A DNA stretch of 64,000 nt from the human T2T-CHM13v2.0 reference genome, Homo sapiens: NCBI RefSeq assembly GCF_009914755.1, contig NC_060947.1; one strand, 5' to 3'. Position 1 is the stretch's first letter, and each line of letters opens with the position of its first letter. Of the stretch, positions 49,184 to 64,000 are shown in pieces. The notes under the pieces were generated by a model. That model was given only the letters and a program-made list of their open reading frames with translations. It ran no database searches and had not been told where the DNA came from. The translations under genes and the position numbers were made by a program.

Positions 49184-50145
49184 TCACTCTCTCAACGAAG
49201 GCTCTTCAACAGAGGCTTTCACTCAAGAAGCAAAAGCAAGGATCCCCAGGACAGCTTGGATGCCCATCCAGCACAACCACAAGATTGCTGGGAAACACCT
49301 TTTCCAGAGAGTGGCATGCTGCCTACAGATAAAAGACTTATATCTGACTTGGCTATACAGCCACTTTCATTTAGTTTTCTGTTTTCTTCCAAGCCTGAGA
49401 GGGAAATGCCATTTCTTTGTTTAGGTTTTTGTATCTCTTAAAAGACAAAGGTAATATTTTACACAAGTAAGAGAGAAAAAGTAGCTTGAATGACCTGCTC
49501 CATTTTCTGAGCTGGAAAAGTTCAGCCAAGCACAGACAACCAGGTGTTCCTGTTTGCTAGGATTCCATATTGCTGATTAGTGTGTTCACTTAGCACAGGG
49601 CAGGTCAGAATTCCTAAGATGAAGAAATTCTCCCACCTCTGTCTGTCAAGAAATCAGGTACCCTCTTGCACAGCTGAGACTGATCTACCATGGGGTGTGA
49701 CAACAGTAAGACGTTACACAAAGACGGCAAACAATTCTCTGGATTGAGAGGATCTAAAGGGGAAGAAGCAGCCTAACACCACTCCCTTATTGTCTTTTTC
49801 CCTTCAGAGTGTATACATAACACAGGAATTTCTGCATAGTGCTAACAAAGTGATAATTAAATCAAGTAGCAGTTAGTTAGGAAAGAAGTGGGAGACTGTA
49901 GCAGTTGATATGTAAACACTAACAGCAGATGTTTGATTAAATGATCAATTAGACTCCAAATTTCTCATCACCTTTTTTGTATACCTCTACCACACAGCTT
50001 CGTACCCCTATTGGAAACAAAGAAGGGATCCTAGTTTAGGGCCAAGACCTTCCCCCAAAATCTGTAGTGATATGTACTTACAGATAAAACCGTTAAGAAA
50101 TAATTTGGATCGTTCTTGAGCGGCAGCAAAGACACTTGTACTTAC

Positions 50146-50310
50146 CGAAATATGATGGGCATACATTGGCCTAGACAGGAAAAATGCTGCATCATGGGGT
50201 GTATGAAATTCATTACAGAGTACATCAATTGAAGGCACTCGCTTTATATAATCTTCTGTGCTCAGATTAGATGCTAAAAACCCACCAAACTGCACCAGGG
50301 TATCATGACA
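50146..50310 (-). CDS. THOC2: THOC2 coding exon ([26 protein letters not shown]...YAHHIS)
   Basis: AG/GTAAGT flanks, 165 nt. Confidence 0.95.
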
Positions 50311-50747
50311 CTAAATTTAAAAAATAAGACAAAATCAACATATTTTCCAAAGTGATTAAGAAGTCATTTTAGGAATATTTTAACAATTAAGAATCCAAAT
50401 TTTATAACTTAAAAGGACTTTAGAGACTATCTACAAGTATAACCACATGACCATATTACAAAAAAAGATGCCAAGGCCCTGACAGGTTGACTAATCCAAG
50501 GTTTTACTAGCCAACTAGGTCTCTTAAATGTCAAGCTGTTGTTCATCACTTTTAGTAGAATATATTTACCTAAATCAAATAAAATAATAACCATAGGCAA
50601 ACAGAAGTCAATTCCTTTGCCCTTAAAAGAAGAAAACTTTATTTACAGAATATATTTATAAATATTAAGTACCAAAACCTAAGATTAGCCCACAAAATGT
50701 GTTTAACTATCATCAACTATAACACAAAGAAAAAGAGAGACAGCAAC

Positions 50748-50972
50748 CCAGCCTGGGCAACACGGCAGAGGCCCGACTCTACAAAAAAAATCTAAAAATT
50801 AGCCAGGTGTGGTGGTGCATGCCTATAATCCCCAGCTACTCGGGAGGCTGAGGTAGACTGATCACTTGAGCCAGGGAGGTCAAGGCTACAGTGAGCTGAG
50901 ATCATGCACTGCACTCTAGCCTGGGTAACAGAGTGAGGCTTTGTCTCAAAAAAAAAAAAAAAAAAAAAAAAA
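50748..50972 (+). mobile_element. Partial Alu (J-like)
   Basis: Alu consensus and A tail. Confidence 0.88.
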
Positions 50973-51312
50973 GGGAAAAGAGAGTGAGCATGCACAAGTG
51001 GGCAAGCAAGCATCTATTCTGTTATGACTGAGATTTCCAGAGATCGGGAAAGATATAAATGCAAACAACTTGAAGTTGCAGGAATTTAATGATGTAATAT
51101 TTAATTAATTGACAGCCTTACATATAACATCTCTTGGAGCTATCTCTTATATATCACAATTTACATAGAAATAGGCCCTATTTCCAGAATGTCTTTCACA
51201 TTAGGATGTCTCATATTCAAATGATGTGCAAAAATGACATTTTTCAAATTATAACACATTATCCTCCTTTAACAGGATTAAAAACATGTACATAAACATA
51301 AAAGCCACTTTA

Positions 51313-51579
<267 letters not shown>

Positions 51580-51834
51580 TTAAAATGCTTAATATAAAAA
51601 ACTCCTACATTCCACATTCCTTCCCTTACACAAATTTATTTCAGTGACTATTACTGACTACAGTCACTGGCTTAAAGACAAATGTCAACTGAATTTAAAT
51701 TTCTGCATATTTTCCATTTTCCACCTTGCAGTCCCCTCATAAAGGATTATTCATTATTCAGTATGGCACAGATTCAACAGAGCAACTAAGACTTAAGGGA
51801 GTGAGGATATCAAGGATCATAGAAGATATAGTAA

Positions 51835-52228
<394 letters not shown>

Positions 52229-52353
52229 TAAAAAGTTAAAGTAATTACTGTATCTCAATTTCAAAAGGGGGGCAGGGGTGGTTGTGAAAGGAAGGTATGT
52301 ATGGCTTTGACATTTGGTTTTATAAACTTACATATTGTTTGGATTCTTTACTA

Positions 52354-52554
<201 letters not shown>

Positions 52555-54529
52555 CTATAGTTAGAACTTCAAATATAAAAGTAACAATGTATTGTAATTA
52601 ATATACTGAGAAACCCTTAATTATTTGTATATAAATATGGGGGAAGGGGCTGAAGCAGTTTTTAACTGCATTCCTAGAACTATATTGACAAATACTTGGT
52701 GCGTAAGTTTATTTTAACTTTTACTTGGAAATAATTGCAAATTTACAGATAGGATGGAAAAATAACAATAGTACAAAGCTCACCCATATATCCTTTACCT
52801 CAACTTCACCTGGTAACATTTTTACTCCTGCTTGATTATTTGCATTTTCTCTCCCTCTCTGGAGCCCCTCTCTACATACATAGTCACACACTCAATTTTT
52901 TAATCATTTGAGGGAAAATTATTTACATCATGGCCTTCTACCCCTAAAATTTCTAAGACTGAATTTCCTAAGAGAGCTATTCTCTTAAATAACCACAGCA
53001 CAGTTATCAATTTTAGTACATGTAACGCTGATACAATACTTTAATCTACCATTCATATTTCATTTTATCAGTTGACCCAATAAAGTCCTTCATAGCATTT
53101 TTTCTCCTCCAATACAGGATGGCCAAAATGTTTTTGATGGTATAGAGCCATTTCTAAATAATCCATTTACTAAACAGGGACAAAGATGTAGCATGGTCAC
53201 ATACACTTGGAAGCGAGGCAGGGAAGGAAGGAAAAAAAGAAGTTCTAAGTTGTGGTATCTGAGCCAAAGATGACAATTTAGTGGCCAGCCCAGAGCACAT
53301 TTCAGTAATGTGCCAACAGTTATGCTTTTTAATCTGCAAAGTTTAGGACTACCAATGGAAATAATACCTTATGTCCTCTAAGATCTTCTTTAATTAATCT
53401 AAACAAAGTAAAAACATTCTTTCCTAAAACATACAGATGTTTTTCCAAACATAAAGTCAGACATACCCAAGACACAAGCTAATAGACGAAAGAACCATTT
53501 TCTAAGATTCTTATTAAATGTTTGTTCTCTCAACTTGCCTTGCTTTCCTTAGTTTCGTTTGTTTTTTTTAAAGAAAGCCCTCATGAAAACTAGTATATAA
53601 GTACCAATGAAACAGTTTATTTTTTCTTTAAACTATGTTTTAATTAGATGGTCACAAAAACTGTATTCACAGTACAGAAAGCTGAGTTATAGATTAAAAA
53701 ATGATATATATTCTCCTGGCCTATAGACAAAGAAGAATAAAAATATATAGAAATGGCAGAGAGATGAGCATAAGGGATGTGCCCATAAAATCATAAGTTT
53801 AAAGTTTTTTTAAGTTTTCCCTAAGCCAAAATAAGAATCTGTCAATAATTACTTAGGTAATACTTGTTTGGAACACCAAGTAGCTTTTAATTTTTTGTTT
53901 GTTTGCTTTCTACCAGAAAGCTTCTGAAAACAATTCAGGTTCTTTGATTCTAGTCAGTTTACTTCTCATGAGGTTTAATACACATACATACTAATTCAAA
54001 CTCTAAGCACTGATATTGACCCAAAATAAAATAAACTTCAGTATTTATAAAGAAAAAAGGACATTGTCCAAAAGGTATGAAAGCCTTATGTATCTCTAAA
54101 ACTCAAATTCAAAAATTATGCTTTAAAGGTATTATATACACCCTCAAGATAAACAAGTTCCTACCAGATGTTCAATGTGACACAGGTCAATTACTGCATA
54201 CTGACCTAGTGCAGTATGTTTTGTTATACGAAGATATACAATGTATCATATTAGCCATTTACTCAAAAGCCTAATAGGCAGTCAAAATAACTGAAAGTAT
54301 CTTTTTAGTGCATTAACATATATAGTCATATAGTACATTTATTCATGAAAAAAGGTGTCTATTTATGTATTAAGTTATCATTTAACTAAAGAATTTTATG
54401 TAAATAAGTGAGCAACTATTCTACTTGAGCCTACAACCAACAAATAAGTAGTCTTTCGGGATAACAGAGTCTCAATAACCCCAAACCACCAAAAGTACTC
54501 TATTGAATTTCATTATGTATAATTTGCTA

Positions 54530-54664
<135 letters not shown>

Positions 54665-54764
54665 TCATAAAACAAAATGCACAAGTATCATTTCAACTAA
54701 ACCTCTAAAACAAAATGAGGTAGCAATAATTGTATTGCTGATGCTGTTGAATGGAGCTTCATAA

Positions 54765-54985
54765 TAATAACAATAACCAATATTTATTGAGCATACATAT
54801 GTCAAGCACTGTACCAAGCACTTTATAATGATTATCTCATTTAATCCTTGCAACTATTATCCTAGGTTGGTATAACCTATTGATGAGGCAAATTCAGAAC
54901 AGATATGTCATGTAACTTGCTCATGGTCACGTAGTACAAAGTAGAGCAGTAAGTCAAATCTTTGCAGCCTGATTCCAGAGTTTGT
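54765..54985 (-). mobile_element. MIR
   Basis: tttattgagca...tctcatttaatcct motifs. Confidence 0.65.
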
Positions 54986-55935
54986 GAAACTAAGTTATAA
55001 CAAAATCTTGCAGATCACTCAGTAAACTTGAATAAATGACAAAATGCCAGCCCCTGAATGTGAGTCAAGAAAAAAAAAAATCTCTTTTTATCTTGGAACA
55101 TGCTACTAGTTGTGGAGGTGCAAGAAAATAAAGTATTACCAGACCTAGAAGCAGACAAGAGACCAACTTTAACCAATGGTCCTTATCATACCATGAATAG
55201 GGAGGAGACCCCAGCCAATACAAGAGTAGGAGATTCAAGTAAAGTCAAGTGCTCTGCAGCCTATTCCACAACTATTTGCTAAGCACCTAAATGATATTGG
55301 ACAAAACACAAGTCCTGCCCTCAAGGAGCTGAGTCTAGTGGAAGATACAGAAAAGTAAACAAATAACTATGATGAGCAAAAGGCTCCATGGGAATATAAA
55401 AGAGGAGCGCCCAATTCAGACTTGTGGGTGGGAGCATTAACAGAAAAAGCTTTCCAGAGGAAGTGACCTCTAAGCTGAAATCTAATGAATAAACAGAACA
55501 TGGAGTGGGCCATGAAGGGTATTCCAAGTCAAGTGAATAATGGGCAAAAGTTCATGGAAAGTACAAGAAGTTCAGTATTAATGGAATCTAGAATATCGGG
55601 AAGCAGGGAAAAGATGAGGCTAGAACAGTGCAAAAGGACCTGATTTCAAAAGAACTTACTTGTATGACTTATTAAACATTTCGGACTTTAAAGGACAATG
55701 GGGAGCCACTGCAAGATTCCGCTATCAGATACAATAAGTTGAAAGAAAAGGAACTGGCTGCTAGAAACCAAAGGTACAAGAATTAAAAAGAAATATGGTT
55801 AGTTTTTTTGGTTAAACTAAGTCAAGTTTTTGTTCTTTTAAGATGACTGGAACCTCAGGATGGAATGGGAAGAAATGAGACTAGATCCCTTACGATCAAC
55901 TCCTATAAAATAATGTTAGTTAAAAAGGAGATTTT

Positions 55936-56300
<365 letters not shown>

Positions 56301-56423
56301 TTAAGTTAGGAAAATAAATAAGTACCATATCAACCTCCTTACATAGCCAAGGGCTCTGCAGAACAAACTCAGTAGCTAGATATTCTCAGCAACTCTTAAC
56401 AAATAGGCTTCTAAAAGTCTCTA

Positions 56424-56591
<168 letters not shown>

Positions 56592-56838
56592 TTAAGAAAA
56601 AACTAAGTCATTACATCTCTAATAAAGACCCTTAAAACATGAATATGCCACATCATAGGGGCAAAATTGTTGGTCATTACAAATTATTTTTCTAGTTTTC
56701 CAAGACCAGGGATGTTGCTAAAACTAATTATTGAAAAATACACTTACTGTAGTACCAACATTTCTTCTTTAGCCTACTTTCCATCTTTCAGCAATCAAGA
56801 CAGATTCCATCAATATCAAGATGTTTGGTAAGCCAACT

Positions 56839-57254
<416 letters not shown>

Positions 57255-57391
57255 ATTGACTGACCAAACTTCAGATCAGCCACCTGAATCAACCTCAGAT
57301 GGTTACTAAAGGAAAATAGAATGAAAATAAAACGTTTACCATATGATCTATTAAATATGAAATCTACATATTACTTCACTTGAAAGGATAC

Positions 57392-57485
57392 AGGCCAAGA
57401 CATCATAATTCAGTGAAGTGAGGTATTTCAATGAATCTACTACAGGTGTTATTAAGTTATCATACTTCTGTATTTGTGACAAGAT
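57392..57485 (-). CDS. THOC2: THOC2 coding exon ([31 protein letters not shown]) with U12-type donor
   Basis: CAG acceptor, GTATCCTTT donor, 94 nt, phase fits. Confidence 0.95.
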
Positions 57486-57733
57486 CTGGAAAACAGCAAC
57501 AAACAATAGAAGGCATTAACTGATCAAAGGATTTCTACTGTGCCAACTAAGTAATGGCTACACTTTCTATTTTTCAAAAGAAATAATGCTTATAATTAAA
57601 GTGGTTTCCTATATAAATATTTAACAAAGTGGTTTCTATATAAATATTTCATATTTATATAGAAATTACTATTTTATCACTGCCTTAGAGAATATTTTCT
57701 TAGGCTACATTTTTCAGTTAGAAAATAATTCCA

Positions 57734-58278
57734 ATTCTATAAAAAATGACAGTGGTAATCTGACTGGAACTGCAATGAATCTGTAGATTCCTTTGGGCGG
57801 TATGGACATTTTAACTACATTGATTCTTCCTATCCAAGAGCATGGAATGTCTTTCCATTTGCTTGTATCATCTATGATTTCTTTCAACAGTGTTTTATAG
57901 TTCTAGTAGAAATCTTTCACCTCCTTGGTTAGATGTATCTCTTGGTACTTTTTTTGTGGCTATTGTAAATGGGATTGTGCTCTTGATTTGGTTTTCAGCT
58001 TGAACATTATTGGTACATAGAAATGCTACTGATTTTTGTATGTTGATTTTGTATCCTGAAACTTTACTATGGGTACACACGGACATAAAGATAGAAAGAC
58101 ACTGGGGACTCTAAAAGTTAAGTGGGGTGGGGCAAGGTTTGAAAAACTACCTATTGGGTACTATGCTCACTATTTGGGTGAGGAGTTCAATAGAAACCCA
58201 AACCTCAGCATTATGCAATACATCCATGTAATAAACCTGCACATGTACCCCTTGCATCTTAAAAAAATTAATTTAAAA
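57734..58278. mobile_element. 5'-inverted L1 (L1PB/old L1PA-like)
   Basis: Antisense ORF2 piece to ~58068 joined to a sense 3' UTR; TSD aaataattcca. Confidence 0.8.
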
Positions 58279-58361
58279 AGGAAATAATTCCAGGCCTAAA
58301 GCTGAATTTTGGAATGAAAGAGTCTAGTCTCTCTCATATGTTTTAGATATCTCTAAATATG

Positions 58362-58668
<307 letters not shown>

Positions 58669-58995
58669 ATTGCAGTGATAGTATTACATATAAATCACAA
58701 TGAAATGTTATTTGAATGTTTCTAAAAGTCTAAAATCAAGTAATACCAGAAATCAAGATGTGGTATACAAAATAACATTATATATACAAAATAACTATTA
58801 TATTGCCTGTAATAGTAGCACTGTTACATATTACTATTAAAATAGATCAATGTGTTAAATATATTGTGTAGTAATTTTGTTTTTAGCATAACCTTACAAT
58901 GTTTCATTTTCTAACATCATTCTATTTCCACTTGCACTGATTTAAAGGCAACAGAAAGAAAAATCCCTTAAAATAATATTAACCTCAAAACATAC

Positions 58996-59080
58996 ATAAT
59001 CAAACAAAATGGTTGGATTGCTGTGGCTCAACTTCCCAATTTGTCTTCCAGAAGGCTTCACATTTTCCTTGGTTAGGCGC
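58996..59080 (-). CDS. THOC2: THOC2 coding exon ([28 protein letters not shown])
   Basis: AG/GT flanks, 85 nt, matches ORF 58942..59184. Confidence 0.95.
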
Positions 59081-60601
59081 CTACGGAGGAAGAAAAAGGT
59101 GGCACGGATCATCTTAAGTAACATTCCTTGTAATGTTGATAGCTTTGTTACATCATCGTGGGGGAAAAAGCAATTATTCCCCAAATATCCAAAATGGATT
59201 CATGTAAACAACTACATTCATCACATCCTTTATGGTAGGATTTGGGCTATTTTGGTTAGGGATTCTCTCAGAGGATATTAACATTTTATATTAAATGCTT
59301 AACATTTATAAAATACACATTTCCACTTTATAGTAATAGTCTAATAATCAGTAAAACTCTTAATGTACTCTACAAGTACATAAAACTCTTCTTACAAAGA
59401 ATCAAAATTATTTCAGATTTAGGAGGACTCATCAGTTTAGGGATTAAGATATCAAATTTGGTGTCATGCAATGAAATGTCTCGTGCCATCTGTCTCAGTG
59501 ACTCTAACAGAGTTACTGTGTTATCTGTAAACTTATGTAACTTTACTCCCTCAATATGTAAAGTTATCTGCTTTTCATATTCAAGGTAAACAATATTTTG
59601 AAACTAAATTCTACTCCTTTCCTTCCTCTTTATTTCTTCCTTTGCTCATTATCCTTTTGCCAGCATTCTGCAAATTTTATCTATGAATTCTTACAGTTCA
59701 AAACAATTATTACACAGAATCTTAAATGCCTCTCCTGAGATGATTACATAATAAATCTAGAGACTTCAAAAGGCTACAAGTGACAGGAAGGAAGCTTTCT
59801 AGGATGAAAATATAATGAAGTAAATTATGAATTCAGTTTATAATTCAGGAGATGTGACCATTCTCCAAGTGACGAACTTGCTTTAATTAATTTCTCATGA
59901 CAAAACTGGCCCCATCAATCAAAACTGTTTCATCAACTGCTTCCCTTTCCAATTCTCCATATCCCAGTTTTGGTTTCATAGAAAAGAGAGACCATTAGTT
60001 TTAAAAGTTAGCTATACAGTATTTTGTTCAAATTTCCAACTTACCACTACCTGTCCCTATTTCTAACCCCAATATTTCAGGTGCCTCCCTCTACTTGCCA
60101 AGGCCAACCCCTCCTTTCTCTGTTTTTCATTCCATTCCCTTCTGCCTCCATCACCCTGGAGGGACAAACAAACAAAAATTAAAGAAATATTTTCTTGTCT
60201 TTGTCTTCCCCTCAAACTACCAGTGTCTAGCATATGGAACATAATAAACATTTGTAGAAAGAATTACTAAATGCCCTATAGCAAGCTCATGTTTTAAATA
60301 GTATTCAAAACTCATGAAATTCTACAAGTAATAAGTTAATACATTATATGCTCAATGTAAAAACTTCAAACAGTAACAAAATCATATTGTTTAAGCCTGG
60401 TAAAATAGTTATAGCTTACAAATATAACAAAAATCCAAGTATATTAAAAATTCTGCACATACTATTCTGTAGTAAATTGTATTTTTATTCATTCATTCAT
60501 ATTAATGCCTACGATGACAGTCAAAGTACTAAGCATTAGAAATACAAGGAAGATTGTGTCTCAGCCTTTTAGCTAAGGTCAGTGTAGAAATATAAGGATG
60601 A

Positions 60602-60975
<374 letters not shown>

Positions 60976-61059
60976 TTAAATTCATTTATTAAATTTCAAT
61001 ATTCTAAAAAAGAGCAATCAACAGAACAGTACTTATATGCTATTGATAATATAAAAGGT

Positions 61060-61190
61060 GGCTGGGGTGTGGTAGCTCACGTCTGTAACTCCAGCGCTGG
61101 GAGGTCAAGGTGGGAGGATCACTTGAGGCCAGGAGTTCAAGACCAGCCTGGGCAACATAGTGAGGTCCCATTTTTACAAAGAAAAACAAT
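61060..61190 (+). mobile_element. FLAM/Alu monomer
   Basis: Left-monomer consensus. Confidence 0.85.
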
Positions 61191-63031
61191 ATTAATATAA
61201 TAATAATATAAGAGGGGGATAATATATATTGTATTGGCTTGCATATACATAAGAATATATGGAAGGATAAATAAGAGACTAAACAGTGGTTACTTTTCCT
61301 TGGGGGGAAGAACTGAGTAGATGGAGGATGGAGTGAGACTTTTTGCTGTATTTATACCTTTTATATTTACTGAAACTTAAATCATGTAAACACATAAACT
61401 ATTCAAAAAACAATCATAGCAAGGTACCTAGAGGTATGATAACATTATATGCTAAAGAATAGTGATGGAAATAAAGATTGATTGTGTCTGGCAGTTTATG
61501 CTAGGGAAGCCTTCACTAGAAGTAACACTGGAGCTCACTCTCCAAGAATGAGGTCACCAGATGGAAAGGGGGAAAGGAAGGTAAGGGAAAACCTGTACAA
61601 ACAGAGGGAACAAAAAGTATATACAGGGGAAGAGAAGCTAAGGAGAGAGTGGTACATTTAGGGGACATAAGTAGGCTCAGTACATCTGGAAGTAGAATTG
61701 GCAGGAAAGGAGGTTGGATGCAGGGAGGGACAAACCAGGGAGGACCTCTTATTTATATCACCATGCCATAAAGCTTAACATATACCTTCAGGTAAAGTCA
61801 GTCACCAAAGGATTTTTAGGTAAGAGAATATACAACTATAATACACCAGATAAAATAACTAAGGTAGTAGTGGTAGTGACAGTGGATGAATTCAAGGTAT
61901 TTAAAAATGCTTAATGTATTATTAAACAATCCATGCAGAGCACTTAGTTTAATGCCTGGCACATACAGTAATAGCTCCCTAAATATTAGCTGCTGTTGTT
62001 AAGCTAGAAACTGTACCTGGAGAACTCTTAAGTCCAGAAACTCTTTCAGATCTAATATCAACTCCTGCCAAACAAAACTCCCCCAAGTGAAATCATTTAG
62101 TCTCATCTATCCTCCCATAGCACTTTATTCATACTGTATAACAGCACCTATTATACTAGGTTGTTTCAATATAATCCATAGGCTCACAGGAAAAAAAAAA
62201 AAAAACAACAACTAGATTGTGATCATGCACACACCTGTTTTCCCAATAGGCTGTGACCAGAAACAATATCACTGGGCAAGGACAACATTTAACAGACATT
62301 ACACACTGTTAAATCTAAATAAACTGAGAACGAACTACTTTTAATTAGAATAACCATACCACTGCCATGAATTTAAAAAAGGAATGACAACTGACAATAG
62401 CCTCGTTGAAAACACTTGCAATACAGCAATACAATTAAGCATCTAAACTAATACTAATCTGAAGTACATGATTTTCATAATTAAACTTCAAATAATCTAC
62501 TGGGAAGTAGAACATCACTCTTATGTTTTTAATGATATGAAAATAAAAGTGTACAAATTTTTTTAAAAAAGAAATTTCTCAAAAGTTGACTCCCTATGGA
62601 GATAGTTCTGGATAATTTCATTAGTTCTTCCTAACAGATTAAAAAAATTCATTATGGTAACTTTCAGCAGTGGAAATTGCTAGAACTTTTACTACCTTGC
62701 ACAAATCACTAAAGGTAAGCAAAGGCCACAGCAGGCTGTCCTTAAAAAGAAAAAACAAAACCTTCATCCCATAATATGATGCACATATTAAAGAGGATTT
62801 CCATTAGATTTTTATCCATATGTAAACACAACAACTATGAAAACATTAACTTGGTAGTCAAAATGAGCTAAAACCACAGTTAACAGTCATTCCATCTGTA
62901 GTATATAAATCAGCTATACCATTCACAACACATAGGCTTTCCCAAAACTGAGGCTCAGACAAGCTACCTGAAAGAAAGTATATTAGATTCAGATATAATT
63001 TAGATTAATATGAAAAATAAATTAAAACTTA

Positions 63032-63232
<201 letters not shown>

Positions 63233-63235
63233 TTA

Positions 63236-63367
<132 letters not shown>

Positions 63368-63791
63368 CTAAAAGAAAGAAGGAAAAGTTATTTCAGTAAG
63401 AGGTCTATATTAATATAACCAACAATAAATTTATAACAGCCTTGGGAAAATTACCATTTCTTAATAACATAACACACAATATCCCATTCCTCACCCACCC
63501 TTTTCACAAAGCTTATTTATGTTTCTCCATCGAAGACATAAAATGGGGTGAGGAAAGGAAAGGGGTAGCAAAGGAATGAGGAACTTTTATCTCTCTTCCT
63601 TTTTCAACATCAGGGGAAAAAATGTTAATCTTAAAAGATAACTTTGCATATGCCGCCAAAAACTATAATCAGCATCTACATTATAAAACAATTACTCATA
63701 CAGATGATTAAAGCTTGTTCACAGTAAAATTTGTAATATACTGTAGCAAGACAAACATTAGACACATTATTGGATTTTTCTAGTCTCTTAC

Positions 63792-63833
63792 CGTTTTTTC
63801 TTTATCTTCTTGTTTGCTTCCATCAGACTGAAA
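63792..63833 (-). CDS. THOC2: THOC2 coding exon (FQSDGSKQEDKEKT); first exon inside the window
   Basis: AG/GT flanks, 42 nt, phase 0-0, continues into the next exon. Confidence 0.9.
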
Positions 63834-64000
63834 CTACAATTTAAAAAAAGAAATTAATAAAATACAAAAAGGTTAAGATTATGATGTCACAATTAATTTC
63901 TAATTTGAAAAAACTTTAACTTGCACATGGTTGTAAATTGTTCTTACTTTTTACAAATATGTAGATTTTAAATATAGCCTGTTAACCTTTTTAAATTTTA

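Noticed and set aside
53895-53926. gctttctaccagaaagc hairpin resembling the U7 snRNA 3' end
   Set aside because: No U7 5' region or Sm site recognisable; too short to call

Overview
Primate (human-like) genomic DNA: AT-rich, with many Alu, L1, SVA, MIR and L2 repeats. The main feature is the 3' part of THOC2 (THO complex subunit 2, TREX mRNA export) on the minus strand. I traced 26 coding exons between 63833 and the TAA stop at 29393-29395; they total 3396 nt with consistent phases (1131 aa + stop, ending ...KKHHKSSDKHR*). A non-coding terminal exon lies at ~19020-19795, and the 5' part of the gene is beyond the right edge. Splicing is unusual: one U12 AT-AC intron, one U12 GT-AG intron and two GC-AG introns. 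The last intron holds a FER kinase processed pseudogene (+). Positions 1-19000 are downstream intergenic DNA made of old L1, Alu and a 5'-truncated SVA. The most unexplained signal is a 52-bp non-transposon element present twice (49/52 identical), once in each repeat-poor intron flanking a 36-nt exon. That exon also has an in-frame alternative acceptor. Exon boundaries were read base by base; repeat boundaries and subfamilies are approximate.
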